Assembly: GCA_951406725.2 (NCBI GenBank) | Contig: OX597841.1 | Span: forward strand, 22,196,001 to 22,260,000 | Length of the DNA: 64,000 nucleotides | Direction: 5' to 3' | Source: Octopus vulgaris | Lineage: Eukaryota | Shown here: piece by piece, positions 27,370 to 38,398 of the stretch | Position numbering within the stretch: position 1 is the first letter of the stretch | Layout: each line of letters begins with the position of its first letter | Program-made: the position numbers and the translations under genes | The notes under the pieces: model-generated | Told to the model about the DNA's origin: nothing | Database searches by the model: none | What the model saw: only the letters and a program-made list of their open reading frames with translations

Positions 27370-27585
27370 ACTCTTTTTACTCTTTTACTTGTTTCAGTCA
27401 TTTGACTGCGGCCATGCTGGAGCACCGCCTTTAATCGAGCAAATCGACCCCAGGACTTATTCTTTGTAAGCCCAGTACTTATTCTATCGGTCTCTTTTTG
27501 CCGAACCGCTAAGTGACGGAGACGTAAACACACCAGCATCGGTTGTCAAGCAATGCTAGGGGGACAAACACAGACACACAAACAT

Positions 27586-27660
<75 letters not shown>

Positions 27661-27832
27661 CATATATACGATAGGCTTCTTTCAGTTTCCGTCTACCAAA
27701 TCCACTCACAAGGCATTGGTTGGCCCGGGGCTATATTAAAGACACTTGCCCAAGGTGCCACGCAGTGGGACTGAACCCGGAACCATGTGGTTGGTTAGCA
27801 AGCTACTTACCACACAGCCACTCCTGCGCCTA
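27370..27832 (-). mobile_element. tRNA-derived SINE with CORE-like segment and internal (TA)n (copies 9725-9915, 17380-17730, 19155-19287, 29075-29452, 29485-29660, 41027-41727, 44495-44762, 50925-51190, 58820-59195)
   Basis: Head GGCGCAGGAGTGGCTGTGTGGTAAG...GGTTCAGTCCC; CACCTTGGGCAAGTG; tail GAAACAAGTAAAAGAGTAAA. Confidence 0.8.
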
Positions 27833-27989
27833 TTCGTGCGGTGTTACTCAAAAGATTCGCCAGATTCACTTTGCCTTTCACGTTTTCGGGGGTCAATAAA
27901 ATAAATACCAGTTAACTACTGAGGTCCATGGAATTAAATTACGCACCATCCCGTGCCCCGAAGTTGCCGGCCTTGTGCCAAAATGTGAA

Positions 27990-28330
27990 ATCAAGATTTC
28001 ACACGCATGCGCACTAAACGTTCTTCCGTCTCCATTCATGTCTTGTTCGAGAATTTCTCTTAATTAAATCCCAAACACATTTATAATACATTTCTCTTCC
28101 ACCTGACGCACTCATAACAACAACACCATCCTTTATAAAGACATTTCCGTAAGTATTAAACAATGAAATCGTTTAATCTTTTAATACTTTGGTGTCTCAG
28201 ATGTCCTTTGATCTGTTCCACATTTGGCTGCTATTTCTAGCTATGGCGGCAACCTCCTACACGCTCCATCGTTTCTTCTTTAAGTTTGTTTGTTGTGTGT
28301 TTTAGGTGGAGAAATGTTCTTAAAATAAAC
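27990..28330 (+). promoter_or_regulatory. Putative promoter, non-coding exon 1 and 5' splice donor of the 30214 gene
   Basis: CGCATGCGCA (NRF1-like) 28004-28013; TTCCG ETS-like core; donor GTAAGT at 28149; ATGGCGGC (YY1-like) ~28243; module conserved in five other copies. Confidence 0.65.
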
Positions 28331-29824
28331 TCCAACCACAGAAATATTGAGAAACCAATGCTTTATTTTATCGAATGCTTGTTTCTTGATATAGGGAAGG
28401 GGACATAATTAGTAAGCGGGGCAAAATGAGTAATTTCTTATTTTTCCAACATGTTTGAAGTGATTGCATTGCGAGTATTGCTGCATTATATTTAAGAGTG
28501 AAGGTTATTATGTATTATGTTTTTAATGCATTTAGGGAAGGCCATTTGCTTAGCTGATGAACATTTTGTAAAATCTCGTTCCCCACCCCAACTACAGATC
28601 TATTTCCACTTTGTATATGTATATATGTAAAAGTGAAGTTGTGTGTCTGTCTCCTACGATTTAGATTCCTAACTACTCCCACATTTTGCGGTGCAGTTTA
28701 ACCAAAACCGGGTATCTTATAGTCGTGATTCATATCGAGTCCTTCTGGGTATTAGCGCGCGTCTACGATAAGTCTACGATTTTAAAAATAATTTACCATC
28801 ATTTTTTTTTTCATTTTTAATGCATTTTTTGCTGTTTTTTTGCTATAACTCTCTAAAAATGCTTTATAGTTATTTCCCTTACAAACCCGAGCAACGCCGG
28901 GCGATACTGCTAGTATATATATACATACATAACTGAAGAAGAACTAGGGTGCTTGTGTCTGTCCTACATGTACGCTTTGTAGCAGTTAATGCATTTTTCA
29001 TTTATGGAATAACTAAACGCCATGCATAGTCTTTTGTGTACAGTAAGTTTGTACGCATACATACATACATGCATATGGCTGTGTGATAAGTAGCTTGCTT
29101 ACCAACCACATGGTTCCAGGTTCAGTCCCACTGCGTGGCACCTTGGGCAAGTGTCTTCTACCATAGCCTCGGGCCGACCAAAGCCTTGTCAGTGGATTTG
29201 GTAGACGGAAACCGAAAGAAGCCCGTCATATATGTGTATATGTATATATGTTTGTGTGTCTGTGTTTGTCCCCCTAGCATCGCTTGACAACCGATGCTGG
29301 TGTGTTTATGTCCCTGTTACTTAGCGGTTCGGCAAAAGAGACCGATAGAATAAGTACTGGGCTTACAAAAGAATAAGTCCCGGGGTCGAGTTGCTCGATT
29401 AAAGGCGGTGCTCCAGCATGGCTGCAGTCAAAATGACTGAAACAAGTAAAAAGAAAGAAAAAATGTGTGTGTGACAGTGTTTCTCCCCCATCAACACTTG
29501 GTGTGTTTATTTCTCCCATAACCTAGCAGTTCGGCAAAATGAACCAATAAAATAAGTACAAGGCTCGAAAAATAAGTCTTAGGGTTGGTTTGATCCACTG
29601 AAACTCTATAAGGTGATGCTCCAGAATGGCAGTAATCAAAACTGCTGAAACAAGTAAAAGAATGTTTATATAAAAATATGAACGTGTAGCTGGAGTTTAG
29701 AAATATATTACTTTCACACAAGATTTTCAAATGTAAATTTTAATAAATTAGAAAGTTCTGTTGTTCAGTTAAATGTTTCTTTATGGAAATGTTGAATCTG
29801 TATTTTTTTAAGTAGCCTCTATAT

Positions 29825-30213
29825 CTTACACTGTTGTTTCTTTATTCTTTCAGAATATCAGATGACATTGGCATAACTGAAGATACATTCTCATTATTTA
29901 TCAGCTTTTCAAAGACCAAAATTGAAAATATTGTACAGAACAGATATATAAGATTGTTTCTATAAATCTGTGGTGGAATTCCTCTGATATATTTACTCTG
30001 AAATGTGTTATTAGCAAACCTTCTGGACATCACTGGCTGGAATGTCCACAAGATGAGTCTGTTTGCAAATTATACTTGGATAAATTTTCAAATGAGATTT
30101 GGGACAAAGGTGATAATGGACAGAAATACAGCAGTTGAAATATTTCTAAACAAAAGACTATAGAATCAAAAAGGTTAAAAAAGATTATATATTGTGATTT
30201 TTGAAGAAATAAA
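29825..30213 (+). other. 3' splice acceptor and conserved ~360-nt 5' leader of exon 2 (homologs on - at 5586-5975, 15579-15970, 23694-24090, 43914-44300, 50345-50735, 58248-58635)
   Basis: Pyrimidine tract TGTTGTTTCTTTATTCTTTCAG with AG at 29852-29853; the same block precedes all seven start codons. Confidence 0.75.
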
Positions 30214-32040
30214 ATGGAAAAGAGTGAGAAACTAAAGGAACAGATTTTTCCAGAAGATAACAAAAAAGAGAGGCGAAAATTATCACGTGACTGTGATGTC
30301 TGTAAACAGTCCTCTCAAAAGGGTCACTTGAATAGGCACAAATGTATTCATACAGGGGAGAAACCATTTCACTGTGACATCTGTGGTAAATCATTCTCTA
30401 AAAAAATTAACTTGACTACACACCAACGTGTTCATACAGGGGAGAAACCATTTCACTGTGACATCTGTGGTAAATCATTCTCTAAAAAAATTAACTTGAC
30501 TACACACCAACGTATTCATACAGGAGAGAAGCCATTTCACTGTGACATCTGTGGTAAATCATTCCCTCAAAGTAATACCTTGACTACACACAAACGTATT
30601 CATACAGGAGAGAAGCCTTTTCACTGTGATGTCTGTGGTACATCATTCTGTGACCAAAGTGCTTTAAATTCTCACATACGTGTTCATACAGGGGAAAAGC
30701 CATTTCACTGTGACATCTGTGGTAAATCATTCTCTCAAAAAGGTAGCCTAACTACACACAAACGTATTCATGCACGGAAGAAGCCTTATGACTGTGATGT
30801 CTGTTTTGCATCATTCCTTGGCCGAAGAGCTTTTAATTCGCACATGCGTTTCCATAAAGAGAAGAAACCATTTCACTGTGACATCAGTGGTAAATCATTT
30901 TCTGAAAGTAGTAATTTAATTCGTCACAGACGTATCCATACAGGGGAGAAGCCTTATCACTGTGATGTCTGTGGTAAATCATTCTCTCAGCGAAGTGCTT
31001 TTATTTCGCACATGCGTTTTCATACTGGGAAGAAGCCATTTCACTGTGACATCTGTGGTAAATCACTCTCTCGAAAAGACAGCTTGACTACACACAAACG
31101 TATTCATACTGGAGAGAAGCCATATCACTGTGATGTCTGTGGTACATCATTCTCTGACCGAAGTGCTTTAAATTCTCACATAACTGTTCATACAGGGGAG
31201 AAGCCATTTGACTGTGACACTTGTGGGAAATCATTCTCTAAAAAAATTAACTTGACTACACACCAACGTGTTCATACAGGGGAGAAGCCATTTCACTGTG
31301 ACATCTGTGATAAATCATTCTCTAAAAAAATTAACTTCGCTACACACCAACGTATTCATACAGGGGAGAAGCCATTTCACTGTGACATCTGTGGTAAATC
31401 ATTTCCTCAAAGTAATAACTTGACTACACACAAACGTATTCATACAGGAGAGAAGCCATATCACTGTGATGTCTGTGGCAAGTCTTTCTCTGACCAAAGT
31501 GCTTTAAATTCTCACATACGTATTCATACAGGGGAGAAACCATTTCACTGTGACATTTGTGATAAAGCATTCTCTCAAAAAGGTAGCTTGACTACTCACA
31601 AACGTATTCATACAGGAGAGAAGACTTATGAATGTGATGTCTGTGGTACATCATTCTTTGGCCGAAGCGCTTTAACTTCTCACATACGCATTCATACAGG
31701 GGAAAAGCGATTTCACTGTGACATCTGTGGTAAATCATTCTTTCAAAAAGATAATTTGACTACGCATAGACGTATTCATACAGGAGAGAAGCCCTATCAC
31801 TGTGATGTCTGCAGTACATCATTCTCTGACCGAAGTGCTTTAATTTCTCACATACGTGTTCATACTGGAGAGAAGCCATTTCACTGTGACATCTGTGGTA
31901 AATCATTCTCTGCAAGTGGTACATTGACTAAACACAAACTTCTTCATACTGGAGAGAAGCCATATCACTGTGATATCTGTAGTAAATCATTCTCTCATCG
32001 AAATGCCTTAAATTCTCACAAACGTGTTCATACAGGATAG
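30214..32040 (+). CDS. Poly-C2H2 zinc-finger protein, 608 aa, ~21 fingers (finger 1 shortened, finger 8 Cys>Ser)
   Basis: Finger array with leader; the only + strand copy; ends at TAG within a TG(E)KPY linker. Confidence 0.92.
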   Translation: MEKSEKLKEQIFPEDNKKERRKLSRDCDVCKQSSQKGHLNRHKCIHTGEKPFHCDICGKSFSKKINLTTHQRVHTGEKPFHCDICGKSFSKKINLTTHQRIHTGEKPFHCDICGKSFPQSNTLTTHKRIHTGEKPFHCDVCGTSFCDQSALNSHIRVHTGEKPFHCDICGKSFSQKGSLTTHKRIHARKKPYDCDVCFASFLGRRAFNSHMRFHKEKKPFHCDISGKSFSESSNLIRHRRIHTGEKPYHCDVCGKSFSQRSAFISHMRFHTGKKPFHCDICGKSLSRKDSLTTHKRIHTGEKPYHCDVCGTSFSDRSALNSHITVHTGEKPFDCDTCGKSFSKKINLTTHQRVHTGEKPFHCDICDKSFSKKINFATHQRIHTGEKPFHCDICGKSFPQSNNLTTHKRIHTGEKPYHCDVCGKSFSDQSALNSHIRIHTGEKPFHCDICDKAFSQKGSLTTHKRIHTGEKTYECDVCGTSFFGRSALTSHIRIHTGEKRFHCDICGKSFFQKDNLTTHRRIHTGEKPYHCDVCSTSFSDRSALISHIRVHTGEKPFHCDICGKSFSASGTLTKHKLLHTGEKPYHCDICSKSFSHRNALNSHKRVHTG

Positions 32041-32378
32041 AAGCCATATCAGTGTAATTTCTGTAGTAAATCATTCTGTCAAAGTAGTGCTTTAACTTCT
32101 CATAAACATGTTCATTCAGAAGAGATACCATATTCTTGTAATATCTGTGGTAAATCATTTTCATGCAGCAGTTCTTTAATTCACCATAAAGATATTCATA
32201 CAGGAGAGAAGCCATATCAGTGTAACCTCTGTAACAAATCTATCTCTGTCAGTAGTAAGCTAACTAATTGTAAACATACTCATACAGCTGAGACACCATA
32301 TTCTTGTGATATCTGTGGTAAATCACTCTCTGATGGTGCTAACTTAACTGTTTACCATACAGATTATTCTGTTGAATA

Positions 32379-32780
32379 AGGCGGTGAGCTGGCAGACACG
32401 TTAGCACGCCGGGCGAAATGCTTAGCGGTATTTCATCTGTCATTACGTTCTGAGTTCAAATTCCGCTGAGGTCAACTTTGTCTTTCATCCTTCTGGGGTC
32501 GATTAAATAAGTACCAGTTACTGGTTTCGATATAATCGACTTAATCCGTTTGTCTGTCCTTGTTTGTCCTCTCTGTGTTTAGCTCCTTGTGGGTAGTAAA
32601 GAAATAGGTATTTCGTCTGCCGCTACATTATGAGTTCAAATTCCGCCGATGTCGACTTTGTCTTTCATTCTTTCGGGGTCGATTAAATAAAGTACCAGTT
32701 ACACACTGGGGTCGATGTAATCGACTTAATCCCTTTGTCTGTCCTTGTTTGTCTCCTCTCTGTGGGTAGTAAAGAAATAT
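32379..32780 (+). mobile_element. tRNA-derived SINE with a Meta-domain-like core, body duplicated (copies ~222-445; 19500-19725 and 36228-36432 on -)
   Basis: A/B-box-like head (GAGTTCAAATTCC); core GCCTTTCATCCTTTCGGGGTCGATAAA.TAAGTACCAG. Confidence 0.78.
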
Positions 32781-33539
32781 ATTCTGTCAAATGTGATGTT
32801 TATTTATTCACATTATTTTCAATTTGTCATGCATTACTTCACAGCTCTCAACTGTTGATGATGTGGTTGTTTGGTTTGAGAATGACATTGTAGGGTAGGT
32901 GTAAGAGGCCAACTCTGGTTAGTTTGAAAATAAAATAGGTGGTATATTTCTGCCAGATATGGCTGGTTTAAATGCTAAAGGGTTAACACTAGAAGTACCA
33001 ATATTCCTTTCCTCTTACAAAGACCATAACTGTAATTTTTGACTCTCATTGAAAATCTTATTTAATACAATTTATTTTAAATATCAGCAAATGCAGTGAA
33101 TAAAGGATTTGAAAATACATTCTTTTAGCATTTATTTACTTCTAAAAAATATATATATCTATACACATATGAAACGATGCTCATAATTGCACATTCAAAG
33201 GAAGTGATGTAGAGGAGTATTAGGAAGATAATTTCAGCAGAAGGGTGATGTTCTGATAGTGAGATTAAAGAGGGAGATAATAGAGGTTTGTGGGGATGGT
33301 GAGTGCATAGTGAAAAGTAATTGTTTTTTTGTTTTAATTGAACTAAGTTTTTTTTGTATCACCTATCTCTTGATGCATGTGCATACCAAACTTACCATTC
33401 CCTTTAGAGAGAAACCAGTTGCCCGTTCACCTGTCATGTAATGACTATCAATAAATCACTAGGGCAGACATTTGATAAAGTGGGGCTGTTTTTGCCTGAG
33501 CCAATATTCAGCCATAATCAGCTACATCACATTGCATTG

Positions 33540-33830
33540 TTAAGTTAATATTTTGGCTCAAAAAGCAAAAAGCAAGGCCATGTAGGGAGACATGGAGTTA
33601 TGTACAGGGAGGGTGTTCATGCAAAGAGTTCAGGCCATTTCTGGTCAAGAGAGGCTTTGAACCGAGCGGTCGTCGGCATCTTCACTATCTCGTCCGGCAG
33701 CTTATTCCACGGATCCGCAACCCGGACGGAGAAAGCCCCTCTCCTTCGATTGAGATGAAATCTTAGCAGATAGATCTTTTCGGAGTGACCCTGCAGCCGA
33801 TGCTCTGGAGCAGGAGTGAAGAACAGCTCT
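33540..33830 (-). mobile_element. Second CR1-group LINE 3' end (shorter copy 38485-38675 on +)
   Basis: RRRGAFSVRVADPWNKLPDEIVK.P...FK.SLD. Confidence 0.78.
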
Positions 33831-34249
33831 TTGTCAAGGGTTCACAAATTATCTGACAAACAAGGGAAAAGAAAAGGGAGAATGTTTGCGAAGATCAGTC
33901 TGCAAAGGAGTATTGGATGGAAAGATGTAAGCAAGTTGAAACGTGTATTGGATCTGACCCATTGCCTTGGTTTCTAAGTTACCAACTATGTGGTTTTCAG
34001 AGTATGCCCTGTTGCATTAAATTTTTAACCCCGAACCCCTATGATTTACATATAAAATAATTTTGTTTTAATATAAAATACTTTTCTAGATATGAAAGTG
34101 TGACCATGTAAATTTAAGTGTAATTTTTTCTCTTTATGGGTAAAATAAGAGTGAATATTTATTTTGAGTGCTGTGTATTAAGTCTGTAAAATTGTGCTTA
34201 AATTATATATAAAAAGTGCATTAAGTAACCATCATATTCCAGTTTCCTA

Positions 34250-34930
34250 TATATATATATATAGAGTAGAGATTCTGTCCATTTGTTTGTCCTCCAAAAT
34301 GAAAGTAAATGGTTCAAGGGAAACTGTTTTACTTTTTCTTCTTATGTTATCTATATATATATAAAAGAAATTCTGTCCCTTCGTGTTTGTCCTTCAAAAT
34401 CAAAGTAAATGGTTCAAGGGGAACTATTATGCTTTTCCTTCTTATCTTATTTATAGATATAAAAGAGAGATTCTGTCCATTTGTGTGTTTGTTTGTCCTC
34501 AGAAATGAAAGTAAATGGTTCAAGGGAAACTATTATGCTTTTTTTCTTATCCAGGGAAACTACAATGCTTTTTCCTTTTATCTTTATCTATATCTATATA
34601 TATATGACAGAGATTCTGTCCGTTTGTCCTCCAAAATGAAAGTAAATGGTTCAAGGGAAACTATTGTTTTTTGTCTTCTTATTTATATATATATATATAT
34701 ATATAAAAGAGAGATTCTGTTGGTTTGTGTGTTTGTTTGTCCTCCAAAATGAAAGTAAATGGATCAAAGGAAGCTATTATGCTGTTGCCTAACTTCTCTC
34801 AACAAAAATTATGCAATGGTAAAAGATTGTGCACAAACCAATGAGGGACTGCATTGAGGCAAATATTCTCACTGGTTGTGGTAAAGGTGACTCTGTGTTC
34901 ATTCCTCACACACCAGTTATACCAGTTTCT
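34250..34930 (+). mobile_element. Five ~100-bp tandem repeats followed by a Helitron RepHel (Pif1-like helicase) fragment at ~34770-34925
   Basis: Unit GATTCTGTCC...AAAATGAAAGTAAATGGTTCAAGGG; translation IMLL.N...KLCNG.RL...IEANILTGCGKGDSVFIP.P.I. Confidence 0.75.
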
Positions 34931-35673
34931 GGAGAGATTGCATCTTTCCTTTGGTGGAATATTTTTTTCAATATCGTAAACCAAGAATTATGAACACAGA
35001 CTAAATTACACAGTAATCTCTATTATTGTAAGCAGTTGTATGTATGGTGCATGTCTTTATTTTTGTATGCAGTATCTATTCATATAGAGGAAATGATTAG
35101 AGACCTTTGGAAGTATGCTGTGCATGAGAAGACCTGGCAGGACAAGTGAGACCATAACCCAGGGCCTCAGTCCACTTATGCATAGCTTTCCTTCTTGGGA
35201 CACAAAACTCTACTTGTGAAGACCTGCTGAGGCAAGTGAAAATCAAAATCGATCAACATCAATGGAAATTGTCGCTGTGACACCAGTGCTGGTGGCACTT
35301 AAGAGAACCATCCGAACGTGGCCGTTGCCAGCGCCGCCCCGACTGGCTTCCGTGCCAGTGGCACGTAAAAAGCACCATCCGATCATGGCCGTTGCCAGCC
35401 TCGCCTGGCCTCTGTGCTGGTGGCACATAAAAATCACCATCCGATTGTGGTCATTTGCCAGCCTCGTCTGGCACATAAAAAGCACCCACTACACTCACGG
35501 AGTGGTTGGCGTTAGGAAGGGCATCCAGCCGTAGAAATATTGCTAGATCAGACTGGGCCTGGTGCAGCCTTCTGGCTTCCCAGACTCCAGTTGCACCGTC
35601 CAACCCATGCCATCATGGAAAGTGGACACTAAACGATGATGATGATGATGATGTATGACTATCAACTATTAAC

Positions 35674-36045
35674 GGAGGTGCAATGGCCCAGTAGTTAGGG
35701 CAGCGGACTCGCAGTTATAGGATTGCTGTTTTGATTCCCAAGCCGGGCGTTGTGAGTATTTATTGAGCAAAAACACCTAAATCTCCATGAAGCTCTGGCA
35801 GGGGGGGGGGGTGGCGAACCCTGCTGTATTCTTTCACTTCCACTTTCTCTTTCTTCCTGTCTCTGTTCTATCTGTATTTCAAAGGGCCAGCCTTGTCACA
35901 TTTTGTGTCACGTTGAATCTCCCCGAGAACTACGTTAAGGGTACACGTCTGTGGAGTGCTTAGCCACTTGCATGTCAATTCCATGGGCAGGCTGTTCCGT
36001 TGATCGGATCAACTGGAACTCTTGTCCTAACTGACAGAGTGCCAC
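35674..36045 (+). mobile_element. Third SINE family (partial copies 1-198, 6812-6945, 59285-59440)
   Basis: tRNA-like head GGTGCAATGGCCCAGTAGTTAGGGC; shared body AAGGGCCAGCCTTGTCAC...GAGTGCT.AGCCACTTGCA. Confidence 0.65.
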
Positions 36046-36559
36046 AAATATTAACCAAATATAAGCAAATTAACCTAATACAAGCATTTGTATGAACTGC
36101 TAATTTAATGGTAAATTTGCAACTGCTGCGATAATTATCAACTGATAATTGAATGATAAACGTGTATTTTTATATACCTTGAACTTGCCACCTCATTATA
36201 TCAGTCAACACACATACACTGACATACCTATTTCTTTACTGCCCACAAGGGGCCAAACAACGACAGACAAATGAATTAAGCCCATTACATCGACCCCAGT
36301 GCATAACTGGTACTTAATTTATCGACGCCGAAAGGATGAAAGGCAAAGTCGACCTCGGCGGAATTTGAACTCAGAACATAACGGCATACGAAATACTGCT
36401 ACCGCTAAGCATTTCGCCCGGTGTGCTAACGTAACACTGACATACCATTCTGCTGCCATGGCCGTAAAGACAGAAGGTTGCCAATGGATAATGCCATTCA
36501 CATTGGGATATAATTCGAATTAAAAGTAGAAGAATAAAAATGAAACAAAATTACATGAC

Positions 36560-36992
36560 ATTCTGTTGAGGCAAGTGGAAATCAGAAATCAGAACCAAAA
36601 TCAAAGTCGATCAACATCAATGGAAATTGCAGCTGTGATACCAGTGCCGGTGGCACGTAAAAAGCGCCATCCGATTCGTAGCTGTTGCCAGCCTCGCCTG
36701 GCCCCCGTGCCGGTGGCACATAAAATGCACCATCAGAACATGGCCGTTGCCAGCGCCGCCCTGACTGGCCTCCGTGCCGGTGGCACGTAAAAAGCACCAT
36801 CTGATCGTGGCCGTTTGCCAGCTTCGTCTGGCACGTAAAAAACACCCACTACACTCACGGAGTGGTTGGCGTTAGGAAGGGCATCCAGTCATAGAAACTC
36901 TGCCAGATCAGACTGGGCCTGGTGCAGCCTTCCGGCTTCCCAGACCCCAGTTGAACTGTCCAACCCATGCTAGCATGGAAAGCGGACGCTAA

Positions 36993-37031
<39 letters not shown>
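36560..37031 (+). mobile_element. RTE-related retroposon 3' end with ~60-bp internal repeats and (GAT)n tail (copies 988-1160 on -, 2003-2200, 35095-35652, 38695-39035, 42060-42457, 54986-55315)
   Basis: GGAGTGGTTGGCGTTAGGAAGGGCATCCAGC motif, variable 5' truncation, GAT-repeat tail. Confidence 0.8.
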
Positions 37032-37033
<2 letters not shown>

Positions 37034-38250
37034 TAGAGATGTTGTTCTTTCACTTTTGACATGAAATGCCAAATTATTGCCAATGTTATATTGTTTTAAT
37101 GCAAATGAACCAAAAAAAAAAAAAAGTTACATGTTGACACTCACAGGGTCTGATACTATTATCGTGTAAAATTTGATTTAATTTGGTTGAGCTGTCTGAG
37201 AATGCATTGGGAACAGACAGGCAAAGAATTTTATATAAATAGATTATATAATTGCCATTACTGCATTGATCGATAATAACACGTGCAAGTCACTTATTGT
37301 TATCGTATAATAAACAAACAGAAATTCATCTTTTTCCTACTTCAATTATTGCATGTTTTTTCTCTGATGACACACAAGCATCTGTCTGACTCATACACTG
37401 TTCACTTCCCAGACATTTGTACATTACTGCATATGCTTTATACGCACTTTTGACAAGTTGTGGTGCACCTGAGCACTGTATACAATGATTTCATTATTTT
37501 TTTATGAGTGAAACAAGTACAAGAATAAAAGTATATACATATATACACATACATAATATACGTATACACGAACACAATATATAACACATACACATACATA
37601 ATATATGTTTATATAAAAGAAGGGAAATGTTAAAGTTGGCATTTAAAAGGAGACAGGGAAAGAGAGAAGAAAGTGAAAGAGAAGGACATATGAAGGATAT
37701 AAAATAGGAAAGGGAGGGTTGTTATTATTATTGTCGGAGCACTGCATCCTTCAAAACTTCCATGCTTCCTGAGATTCGCCAACACTACACCTGATTTTCT
37801 CCCCTCCATACACACAAGCAAGCATGTATCTGACTCATACACTGTTCACTTCCCAGACATTTCTACATTACTGCATGTACTTTATATGCACTTTTGACAA
37901 GTTGTGGTGCACCCAAGCACTGTATACAATAATTTCATTATTATTATTATCAATAATTGCCATTACTGGATTGATAAATACAATAACTCATAAAATTCAT
38001 TTATTATTGTCATGTAACAAACAAACAGAAGTTCATGCATAAAATTTATCTTTTTTCTAATTCAATTATTACATATTTTTTATTATAAAAATACACACAT
38101 ACAGGAGGAGTAAATTATATATATAATAATACTTTGAACGTGGCTGCCCAGAAGCAGTAAAAGTAACTCAATGACGAGCATTACTGCTACTTTATTATAT
38201 ATACAAGATGCCAACTTGTTGAAAGCATGTTTTCTCTTCCACCCTGGAAA

Positions 38251-38398
38251 TCGGTAGCCAAGATAAGACTCTGAGTTTCAGATGCCGAGGTGGAAATTCA
38301 CACCGCCATCTCTTCAGTTATGGCCGCATAATTGAAGAGATGGCGGTGTGAATTTCCACCTCGGCATCCGAAACTCAGAGTTTTATCTTGGCCACCGA
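38251..38398. repeat. 148-bp near-perfect palindrome
   Basis: 72-nt arms, 4-nt loop GCCG, four non-Watson-Crick positions. Confidence 0.92.

Noticed and set aside
29842-30051. 69-aa antisense ORF over the conserved leader
   Set aside because: Antisense to the inferred transcript, non-ATG start, and not reported as an ORF in the other six copies
30241-30258. IFPED resemblance to KRAB-A VTFEDV
   Set aside because: Only a few residues match and the rest of the KRAB box is absent
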